64,000 bases of DNA from Spirochaetae bacterium HGW-Spirochaetae-3 (lineage in GTDB: Bacteria; Spirochaetota; Spirochaetia; Treponematales; UBA12059): positions 65,934 through 129,933 of the forward strand of contig PGXV01000007.1 of the NCBI GenBank assembly GCA_002839315.1, written 5' to 3'. Of this stretch, positions 46,474 to 54,148 are shown in pieces (the stretch's first letter is position 1; each line of letters begins with the position of its first letter). The position numbers and the translations under genes are program-made. A model generated the notes under the pieces. It did no database searches. It was not told the DNA's origin and worked only from the letters and a program-made list of their open reading frames with translations.

Positions 46474-48264
46474 TCAGCATAGTATTCCCGGATTGCGGGC
46501 GGCGCTACGGAGCGCCAGTACGGGTGACTGCCCTAGCGGGCAGAGGGAGGCCTTGGCTATTCGCTCGGCGTCCAGCGCCATCGCCTCGATAGCCGGCCGA
46601 AGCGACGCGTCGAGCCTTCGCCCGTCGCCGCCGACGCTGCCGGGCGCCTCGGGCGCTAGCGCCTTGGCGGCGAGCGACCTCGCGATCGAGGCGAGCCTGG
46701 CCGTGCCGACCCGGCACGGTACGCACTTGCCGCACGACTCGTGGGCGAAGAAGTCCATGATGGCGGACAGGGTCGCGATGATCGACCGCCCCGGCCCGAG
46801 CACGATGACCGCGCCGGAGCCGAGCGTGGCGCCCGCCGCCTTGAGCGAATCGTAGTCCATACGGAGGTCGAGGGCGTCGCCGGGGACGAAGGTGCCGGCC
46901 GCGCCGCCGAGCAGCACCGCGAGCGGTTTCGCGGCCGGGTCGCCCGAGGCGTCCAGCGCGCCGCCGGCGGCCGCTATGAGTTCTCCGAGGCTGACGCCCG
47001 TCTCCCATTCGCCGTAGCCCGGCCGGGCGACGTCGCCGGAAACGCAGAACATCTTGGTGCCCGGAGACGAGGCCGCGCCGATGGACAGGTAGGCGTCGGC
47101 TCCGTGCTCCGCGACCCAGGGCAGGGAGGCCAGGGTCTCGACGTTGTTGACGAGGGTCGGCTTGTCCCAGAGCCCGTGATCCGCCGGGTATGGAGGCTTG
47201 ATACGCGGGTAGCCGCGCTTGCCCTCGAGCGATTCTATGAGCGTCAGTTCCTCTCCGCAGAGATACGAACCGGCGCCCAGGCGCAGTTCCAGATCGAACG
47301 AGAAATCGGTGCCCGCGATGCCGGCTCCCAGGAAGCCCGCGTCGTACGCCGACCGTATGGCGGCGCGGATCGTCGCGATGGCCTCGGTATACTCTCCCCT
47401 AAGGTAGATGAAGCCGCGCCTGGCTCCTATGGCGTACGCGGAGACGACCATGCCCTCTATGAGGAGCTGCGGCGTCCGTTCGATGATGATGCGATCCTTG
47501 AAGGTCCCGGGTTCGCCCTCGTCCGCGTTGCATATGACAAATCGTTCGCAGCCCGTCTCGTCGGAGCATGCCGAACCGGCGGCCGCGCGTCCCTTGACGC
47601 CCGTAGGGAATCCCGCGCCGCCGCGTCCTCTCACTTTGGCCTTCGTGAGCGCCTCTACCGCCGCATCCGGCGCCATGGCCAGGGCCGCCCTCAGGCCCGC
47701 CCACCCCCCGGAGCGTTCATAGAGCCGCGCGTCCGTCGGGTCCGCGGCCTTGGGGTAACGGAGCGAGAGGCGCGGCCCGGCGGACGGGCCTATGTCGGCG
47801 GCCATCGCCGACGAGGAGGCTTCCGAATTCTGCTCCGCGCCGCCCCGGCGCGTCCGCTCGACGATGGCCCCGACTCTGTCGGCGTCGAGCCCGGTAAATA
47901 TCCTGTCGTCAACCATCATGGCCGGCGCGCCCGCGCAACGGCCGAGGCATTGGCAGGTTTCCAGCGTGAATTCTCCCGTCGGATCGGTTCCGCCCACTGG
48001 CGCGCCGCTGGCCTCGGCGACGACGTCCAGCAAGTCGAGCGAACCCGCCATGCGGCATACGGGAGACTCGCACAGGCGTATGACGTGCCGACCGCGAGGT
48101 TCCAGGCTGAGCATCGAATAGTACGTGACTACTCCCTTGACCGCCGCGACGGAAAGGCCGTAGCGGGTCGCTATCCGGGAGACGTCGGCTGGAGAGATCC
48201 AGTTGTTGCCAGAACCCGATTGCGCCTCTCCCAGAGATCCGAGCAAGGTGTCTCGAAGTATCAT
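46474..48264 (-). CDS. Fused NuoE-like (2Fe-2S) + NuoF-like (FMN/NAD/4Fe-4S) diaphorase subunit of formate dehydrogenase
   Basis: The NuoE part reads IRLCESPVCRMAGS...CQCLGRCAGAPAMMVD. The NuoF part reads RGRGGAGFPTG, NADEGEPGTFKDR and ESCGKCVPCRVG. The track start at 48300 is a TTG. I prefer ATG 48264 because a TATACT box lies 7 nt upstream, but the start remains uncertain. Confidence 0.85.
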   Translation of the reverse strand: MILRDTLLGSLGEAQSGSGNNWISPADVSRIATRYGLSVAAVKGVVTYYSMLSLEPRGRHVIRLCESPVCRMAGSLDLLDVVAEASGAPVGGTDPTGEFTLETCQCLGRCAGAPAMMVDDRIFTGLDADRVGAIVERTRRGGAEQNSEASSSAMAADIGPSAGPRLSLRYPKAADPTDARLYERSGGWAGLRAALAMAPDAAVEALTKAKVRGRGGAGFPTGVKGRAAAGSACSDETGCERFVICNADEGEPGTFKDRIIIERTPQLLIEGMVVSAYAIGARRGFIYLRGEYTEAIATIRAAIRSAYDAGFLGAGIAGTDFSFDLELRLGAGSYLCGEELTLIESLEGKRGYPRIKPPYPADHGLWDKPTLVNNVETLASLPWVAEHGADAYLSIGAASSPGTKMFCVSGDVARPGYGEWETGVSLGELIAAAGGALDASGDPAAKPLAVLLGGAAGTFVPGDALDLRMDYDSLKAAGATLGSGAVIVLGPGRSIIATLSAIMDFFAHESCGKCVPCRVGTARLASIARSLAAKALAPEAPGSVGGDGRRLDASLRPAIEAMALDAERIAKASLCPLGQSPVLALRSAARNPGILC

Positions 48265-48441
48265 GATGTACAGTATAGGACCGGCCGATAGCGCCGTCAA
48301 AAACTTACCGCGTTACCGGCCGGAGGAGAGGGGCTGGCCGAGCGACTACCAGGCGAAGTCCCGCAGGGCCGGCACATCCTCCATGGTTTATGCTCACGTT
48401 AGCCATCGACGTCCTTCTAAATCGTCTTGGCGTCCGTCCGA

Positions 48442-49632
48442 CTATATCTTGGCCGCGAAGGCCTCGCCGTATTCATAAGCCTCCTTGAGCGCGGCCTCGT
48501 CCGGATTCCACATGGCCTTGAATCCGTCGTCTACCATAGCGAAGCCGGCCGCCTCGAGGCTGTCCCCTATGATCTTGATCGACTCGCCCGACCAGCCGTA
48601 ACTGCCGAAGGCCGCCGCCTTCTTGCCTGTGAACCTGAGTCCCTTGATCTCTTCCAGTATTCCGGCGATGGCGGTCAGCACGCCCTTGCCTATCGTCGGG
48701 GAACCTATGAGGATGGCCTTGGAGCGGAAGACGTCGGTCAGGGCATCGTTCTTGTCGAATTTGGACATGCAGTGGGATACGACCGTCGTCGACGGCGAGA
48801 CATCGCTAATGGCTCGGGCGAAGGTGTCAGCCAGGGCGCGGGTGCCCTCCCACATCGTATCGTACAGGATGGTGACGCGGTCTTCCTGGTACTTCTGGCA
48901 CCACTCCAGGTATTTGAGTACGATCTGGGTCGGATTGTCCCGCCAGATGACGCCGTGGCTGGTGGCGATCATGTTTACGGGCAGCTTGAGGGAGAGGACG
49001 AACTCTATCTTGGCCTTAACGAGGGGCGAGAACGGCGTGAGTATGTTCGCGTAGTACTTGATGGCCTCGACCCACAACTCGTCCTGGTCGACGAGGTCGT
49101 TGTACAGGCGCTCGGTGGCGAGATGCTGGCCGAAGGCGTCGTTGGAGAACAGGATGGCGTCGCTCGTCATATACGAGAACATGCTGTCCGGCCAGTGGAG
49201 CATCGGGGCCTCGATGAATATCAGCTTCTTGCCGTTGCCCAGATCGAACTCGTCGCCGGTCTTGACTACGTGGAAGTCCCAATCCTGGTGATAGTGACCC
49301 TTGAGAGATTTTACCCCGTTGGCTGTGCAGTACACGGGCAGGTCGGGGCGCCGCCTCATGAGCTCGGGCATGGCGCCCGAGTGGTCGCTCTCCGCGTGCT
49401 GGGCGATGACGGCGTCGAGCCTGTCGATGAGGCCCTCGGCTTCGAGGTTGTCCACGAACTCCTTGGCGTATGGTTTCCATACGGTGTCGACGAGGACGGT
49501 CTTGCCCTCCTCGACGACATAGCTGTTGTAGCTTGAACCCTTGTGGGTGGAGTACTCGTCGCCATGGAAGCGCGCGAGATTCCAGTCGACCTTCCCGATC
49601 CACGATACCGTCGCCGTTAGAGGCTTCTTCAT
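48442..49632 (-). CDS. Flavodiiron protein (FprA-type O2/NO reductase)
   Basis: SYNSYVV...AQHAESDHSG is the HxExDH diiron site in a metallo-beta-lactamase fold. The C-terminal flavodoxin domain reads ILIGSPTIGKGVL...AAAFGSYGWSGE. Confidence 0.9.
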   Translation of the reverse strand: MKKPLTATVSWIGKVDWNLARFHGDEYSTHKGSSYNSYVVEEGKTVLVDTVWKPYAKEFVDNLEAEGLIDRLDAVIAQHAESDHSGAMPELMRRRPDLPVYCTANGVKSLKGHYHQDWDFHVVKTGDEFDLGNGKKLIFIEAPMLHWPDSMFSYMTSDAILFSNDAFGQHLATERLYNDLVDQDELWVEAIKYYANILTPFSPLVKAKIEFVLSLKLPVNMIATSHGVIWRDNPTQIVLKYLEWCQKYQEDRVTILYDTMWEGTRALADTFARAISDVSPSTTVVSHCMSKFDKNDALTDVFRSKAILIGSPTIGKGVLTAIAGILEEIKGLRFTGKKAAAFGSYGWSGESIKIIGDSLEAAGFAMVDDGFKAMWNPDEAALKEAYEYGEAFAAKI

Positions 49633-49733
49633 ATCTGGCTCCTTCCGGCCGTCGCCTTGATTCGAGGAAGGGCGGCAAGGCCTGTATGATTCCTTGCTGA
49701 GGCAGTACGAGCCCCTTTTCCGCCGAGGCTCGG

Positions 49734-50987
49734 CTACCAGTCCAGGAGCCTTCGCTGACCCTGCAGGGCTCTCGTGTCGGTTGCGTCCCAGCTCATCTCC
49801 AGCGTCCCCAAGTAGACGCCGTCGTCGTCGTAGATGGGCTTGTAGGAGATGACGATGAAGCGGCCGTTCATCTCTATCCAGAACTCCGCCTTGTCCTTCT
49901 CCTTCTTCCTGAACGCCTCCAGTATGCTCGTGACCACGGCGACGCTCTTGGGCGGATGACAGTTCTCCACCGAGCGGCCGATAATGCCCGGGCTACGCGG
50001 GAAGACTCGGTGCGGCGAGTCGGAGTAGTACATGACCTTGTCGTCGGCGTCTACGAACGAGACGTCTATTGGCAGGCTCTTGAGGACGCGATCGAGTACG
50101 TCCAGGGGCAAGGCTCCGACCGACAGCGGAATGGAGCTTCCGGGACCGAGCGCGGTTGGAACGACCCCGGCCTTGGCCCCCTCGATGGCCGCAGCCAAGT
50201 TGGCGTAAGCGCCGCCCGAGGCCCCGGCACGTTGCGAGCCGACGAGGGCGGGATCCCACGCCGCCCCTGGCTCGATCCAGGCGAAGCCTATCGCGTCCTC
50301 TCCGACGCGGACCGCGGCCCAGTCCGCGTCGGAGAGGCGCTTGAGCGCGTTGGGAAAGAGTATCTTCTCCTCCATGAAGGCCATCATCCGCACGCGCTTG
50401 CCCAGGTCGCGCCCTTTTCTACGGGCCGCCCTGACATCCTCGCGCGCTATAACTTCGGCCAGTTCCTTGAAAAGCGCCCGGATCTCGTCGTGCTTCCCCC
50501 ACATTACCTTGGACGGGCCGGTGAACCCGGTCCTCTCCAGGTAGGGGAATAGCTGGTTCTCTTTGCGAGTGAAATGGACGATTATGGGCTTCAGCCCGGC
50601 GACTGCATCCGCTATCGATTCCAGGCCGCCCGCGACGCACGCGATTCGGAGCGTCCGGACGCGCCTCCTGGCCTCGGCGTTCTCCGCCATATAGGTGTGC
50701 ACGGGATGACCGGGCATTCGCTCCGCCTTCTCGCCCCGCTCTAGCCCTGCCTTGAAGACGTCGGCGTGCACCTCGCATAGCCGCTGTACCTCCTCGACCG
50801 GCAGGCCGCCCTCTATGAGCGACTGCTCCAGCTCCGCCACCTCAGCGGCGTCCGCGTCCTTGATAAGGTCGTGGAATTCCTTCTTGACCTTCGAGGGCGA
50901 AGAACCGGCGGCCAGCTTGTCTATGATGGCCTTGAGACGCCTGGCCCGTTCGGCCTTGTCAGGATTTTTAGTCAGGTATTCGCTCAT
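49734..50987 (-). CDS. DUF438 / hemerythrin-like / PAS-domain protein (paralog A)
   Basis: Trimmed from 51131 to ATG 50987 (MSEYLTKNPDK...). The N-terminus is DUF438-like, followed by a hemerythrin-like HxxxE region (MWGKHDEIR). The C-terminus reads FVDADDKVMYYSDSPHRVFPRSPGIIGRSVENCHPPKS. Confidence 0.8.
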   Translation of the reverse strand: MSEYLTKNPDKAERARRLKAIIDKLAAGSSPSKVKKEFHDLIKDADAAEVAELEQSLIEGGLPVEEVQRLCEVHADVFKAGLERGEKAERMPGHPVHTYMAENAEARRRVRTLRIACVAGGLESIADAVAGLKPIIVHFTRKENQLFPYLERTGFTGPSKVMWGKHDEIRALFKELAEVIAREDVRAARRKGRDLGKRVRMMAFMEEKILFPNALKRLSDADWAAVRVGEDAIGFAWIEPGAAWDPALVGSQRAGASGGAYANLAAAIEGAKAGVVPTALGPGSSIPLSVGALPLDVLDRVLKSLPIDVSFVDADDKVMYYSDSPHRVFPRSPGIIGRSVENCHPPKSVAVVTSILEAFRKKEKDKAEFWIEMNGRFIVISYKPIYDDDGVYLGTLEMSWDATDTRALQGQRRLLDW

Positions 50988-51130
50988 GCGCGCCTCTTCT
51001 GGAAGGGATACCTCAAGTCTTGTGCCCTCATGGGAGAAATGCAAGCCGCGCGTCATCAACGCCGGGTTCCCTCGCGATGAGGCTTGCGCGACGGTCGCGG
51101 GGGCTGGTACAACGAAGCCGGAGGTCGTCA

Positions 51131-52135
51131 ATGAAACCGGTCGCTATAGCCTTCTTTACGATCATGTCGCCCTTTGCCCTGTACGGACTCTGGAAGGCCG
51201 TCCTCGGCGCGCAGAAGGCCATCGTCGGTCGGCGAGTCGCCGCCGTCGAGGCGCGCCGGACGTACGATCCTGTGCTTCGCTATCATCGCGACGGCGGAGA
51301 ACCGCTGTTCCTCGTCTCCCCGAAGCACGATACGACGCTCTTCTTCCTGGAAGGCTTCAGGACCCAGAGCCCCGCGGGCATGTACCGGGAACGCTTCCAG
51401 AAGCTGTTCGAGACCGGCGTCAACGTCATCGTGCCTGTCTACGGACTTCAGAGCTCGCCGTTCGACCTGCGCAACAGGGATTGGCGCCTGGAGGAGGATC
51501 TCAGGCTCGTCGGCCAGGTGTACGACGCCTATGCCGCGACCCTGGCGCCCGGGCACCGTATCATCGTGTGCGCTCAGAGCTTCGGCGCGATTCCCGCCTC
51601 GAGCGTCGCCGCCTTCTCGTCCCGCAGGCCGGACGCGCTGGTCTTCCTGTCGCCCCACAACGCCGAGCTCGATTTCAGGGTATCGGGGCCGATGATACGG
51701 TGGCTGTCGCGACAGTCGGCGTGGCTGCGGCATCTGGTACGCTTCTCGTGGGCCGCCCCCGCTCCCGGCCGGGCGTCGGTATGGGATATCGTCGATACGG
51801 ATCGTAACCTGGCGACGGCCGCCCGCGGCGACGCCAACCCGGAGGACGCGACCGAATACGGCTACCGCAACGAGCTCGCCGCCCGCCTGATGGAGGCGTC
51901 GATACTCCCGGCCGTCTCCGGTTACGACGCCTGGGTCGTCTGCGGCGAACGGGATTTGTACTTCGCGCAGTCCGGATTCGACCGTTTCGCCTCGGCGTTG
52001 CGTTCGGGCGGCAATCGCGTCGTCTTCGATCGCCTCGCCGGCTCCGGCCATATGGTTCTCCTCGACGCCGATGCCGACAGGGCCTGGGCGGCTATCTTCG
52101 CCGCTATCGGTAAACCCGTTCCCGATTCTTTCTAG
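51131..52135 (+). CDS. Membrane-anchored alpha/beta hydrolase
   Basis: Trimmed to ATG 51131, which follows GGAGG. It has an N-terminal TM segment (VAIAFFTIMSPFALYGLW), a VCAQSFGA (xSxG) elbow and a late GHM. Confidence 0.7.
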   Translation: MKPVAIAFFTIMSPFALYGLWKAVLGAQKAIVGRRVAAVEARRTYDPVLRYHRDGGEPLFLVSPKHDTTLFFLEGFRTQSPAGMYRERFQKLFETGVNVIVPVYGLQSSPFDLRNRDWRLEEDLRLVGQVYDAYAATLAPGHRIIVCAQSFGAIPASSVAAFSSRRPDALVFLSPHNAELDFRVSGPMIRWLSRQSAWLRHLVRFSWAAPAPGRASVWDIVDTDRNLATAARGDANPEDATEYGYRNELAARLMEASILPAVSGYDAWVVCGERDLYFAQSGFDRFASALRSGGNRVVFDRLAGSGHMVLLDADADRAWAAIFAAIGKPVPDSF

Positions 52136-52144
52136 CGATTTTCG

Positions 52145-52172
52145 TTGACAGTCCCGTCTGAACTGGTAGACT
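52145..52172 (+). promoter_or_regulatory. Promoter TTGACA-N16-TAGACT upstream of the MFS-TetR-GT-like operon
   Basis: Read directly: ttgaca at 52145-52150 and tagact at 52167-52172. Confidence 0.45.
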
Positions 52173-52192
52173 GCCTCTTGGTTAACAGGAAA

Positions 52193-52217
52193 CCAAGGAA
52201 ACGAAAATAGTTTCCTT
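52193..52217. promoter_or_regulatory. Perfect 9-bp inverted repeat CAAGGAAAC-N7-GTTTCCTTG, candidate TetR operator
   Basis: Read directly between the -10 box and the RBS of the MFS gene. An extra GGAAAC half-site copy lies immediately upstream (52187-52192). Confidence 0.55.
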
Positions 52218-52235
52218 GTCTATCCAGGAGGAAAT

Positions 52236-53588
52236 ATGAACATGAAGGCCGGAACGCCTGCGCTAAGGCTGCCGACGAGGATTAAAGTGGCGTACAGTAT
52301 CGGTCAGCTGGGATGGTCCATACTGTCGGGCATCATCCAGGTATGGCTCGTATGGTTCTATAATCCTCCGGCCAGCGTCGATATCCCGGCGCTTATACCC
52401 GGCGGGGCCGTGCTCGGCTTCTTCACGATCATAGGGCTTATAACGATGAGCGGCCGCTTCCTGGACGCCGTCACCGATCCGTGGATAGCCAACCTGAGCG
52501 ACCGTAGCCGCAATCCCCGAGGACGCCGTATACCGTTCATGGCCAAGGCTTCCGTGCCGTTCGCCGCGCTGACGGTCATGATATTCATGCCGCCCACCCC
52601 GGGAAGCTCGGCCGTCAACGTCGTATGGCTTGCCGTCACGCTGCTCGCGTACTACGTGTTCTATACCATGTACGTCGCGCCCTACTTCGCGCTGACCCCC
52701 GAGCTGTCGTCGAACGCCGACGATAGGCTGGACCTGTCCACCTATATCGCGCTCACGTGGTTCGTGGGCTATATAATCGCCAGCGGCGCGTCGTTCATCT
52801 GGCCGATGTTCCAGTCGGCCGGATTCTCCCTCGTCGCCTCGATACGCATCACCCTGGGCATTCTCGCCGGGCTCGGCTTCGTCTTGCTTCTGGTTCCCGT
52901 GCTGACCATCGACGAGAGGAAGTACGTGCGTTCCGAGCCGACGAGCCTGCCTCCCGTCGCTTCCATAAAGGCTATGCTGTCCAACAGGAATTTCCTGCTC
53001 TTCGAGATATTCTTCCTCGCCTACGGAATAGCCATCACCGTGTTCCAGACCGGTAACGTCTACTACGTCACGGTGTTGCTCGGCTTTACGGAATCGGCCG
53101 TGCTGTACATCACGGCGGCGACGGGTATACTGGCGTTCATGCTGTACCCCCTCGTCAACATGCTCTCGAAGCGCGTCGGCAAGAAGCCGCTGTGCTTCGG
53201 CGCCATGGGGCTCCTGATACTCGCCTACCTGTACTGCGCGTTCCTCGGCAGGATGGCGCTGCCGGCGGCGCTGCAGGCGGCGATCTTCGTGCTGCTCGCC
53301 GGCATAGGCTTCGCCGTGTTCGGCATACTGCCCAACGCCATCGTCGCCGACCTGGCGGAGGTCGACGGCCGGCGTTCCGGCGAACGCAAGGAGGGCATGT
53401 TCTACGCGGTGCATACCTTCATGAGCAAGATAGGCCAGATGGTCGCGATGCTGATATTCAGCTCGCTCCTGCTCCTGGGCAAGGATCCCGGTAACGACCT
53501 CGGCATACGCCTGACCGGCGTCGTCGCGGCGGGCATAGGCTTCGCGTCCCTCGTCATCTTCTCGTTCTACAGGGAAGAGCGCGCTTGA
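52236..53588 (+). CDS. MFS transporter, glycoside-pentoside-hexuronide (GPH/MelB-like) family
   Basis: 450 aa with about 12 TM segments. FLDAVTDPWIANLSDRSRNPRGRRIPFM matches the GPH signature D-x-x-x-D-P-x-x-G-x-x-x-D-R. Confidence 0.88.
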   Translation: MNMKAGTPALRLPTRIKVAYSIGQLGWSILSGIIQVWLVWFYNPPASVDIPALIPGGAVLGFFTIIGLITMSGRFLDAVTDPWIANLSDRSRNPRGRRIPFMAKASVPFAALTVMIFMPPTPGSSAVNVVWLAVTLLAYYVFYTMYVAPYFALTPELSSNADDRLDLSTYIALTWFVGYIIASGASFIWPMFQSAGFSLVASIRITLGILAGLGFVLLLVPVLTIDERKYVRSEPTSLPPVASIKAMLSNRNFLLFEIFFLAYGIAITVFQTGNVYYVTVLLGFTESAVLYITAATGILAFMLYPLVNMLSKRVGKKPLCFGAMGLLILAYLYCAFLGRMALPAALQAAIFVLLAGIGFAVFGILPNAIVADLAEVDGRRSGERKEGMFYAVHTFMSKIGQMVAMLIFSSLLLLGKDPGNDLGIRLTGVVAAGIGFASLVIFSFYREERA

Positions 53589-54148
53589 ATTCGGCGGAGA
53601 AGATACTCGCCGGCGCCGTACGGCTCTTCAAGAACCAGGGGCCCGGGTTCACCGTCGACGAGCTAGCCAAGGAGACCGGTACCAGCAAGAAGACCATATA
53701 CGTCCATTTTAACGGCAAGGAAGGCGTCATACGGACCATCGCCGACCGTACCTTCGACGATATCCACGGCAGGCAGAGGGCTATCGCGGCCGACTCCTCG
53801 CGGTCGTGCTCGGACCGCCTGCGCGCCCTGTTGACGCTCCGGCCGACGGCCGAGCCCCGGATCGACTATCGCTGGATACGGTACCTGGCGCGGGATTTCC
53901 CCGAGTTGCACGCGCATATCCTTGGTCGCGTGGCCGACGGTTGGGAGCCTACGGTCGCCGTCATCGAGGAGGGCATCTCGAACGGCGAATTCCGCGCCGT
54001 CAACGTCGACGTGCTCAAGGAGACGCTGTTGGCCACGATGAGGGCCGTCATGTCGGATACCTTCCTGATCGAGCACGGGCTCAGCTACGAGGAGGCGTTC
54101 GGGAACGTCATGGATATCATACTGAACGGAATAGGAGCGACGAGATGA
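53585..54148 (+). CDS. TetR/AcrR family transcriptional regulator
   Basis: ILAGAVRLFKNQGPGFTVDELAKETGTSKKTIYVHFNGKEGVI is the HTH. The TTG start overlaps the MFS stop (TTGA). Confidence 0.88.
   Translation: MNSAEKILAGAVRLFKNQGPGFTVDELAKETGTSKKTIYVHFNGKEGVIRTIADRTFDDIHGRQRAIAADSSRSCSDRLRALLTLRPTAEPRIDYRWIRYLARDFPELHAHILGRVADGWEPTVAVIEEGISNGEFRAVNVDVLKETLLATMRAVMSDTFLIEHGLSYEEAFGNVMDIILNGIGATR

Noticed and set aside
48265-48441. Possible molybdenum-cofactor (Moco) riboswitch in the ~140-nt region upstream of the NuoEF-FdhA genes.
   Set aside because: The region is GC-rich with some CCTCC/GGCC stretches, but I cannot reproduce the Moco consensus from memory with confidence. A TATACT box only 7 nt from ATG 48264 argues for a leaderless transcript instead. 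An Infernal search with RF01055 would settle it.
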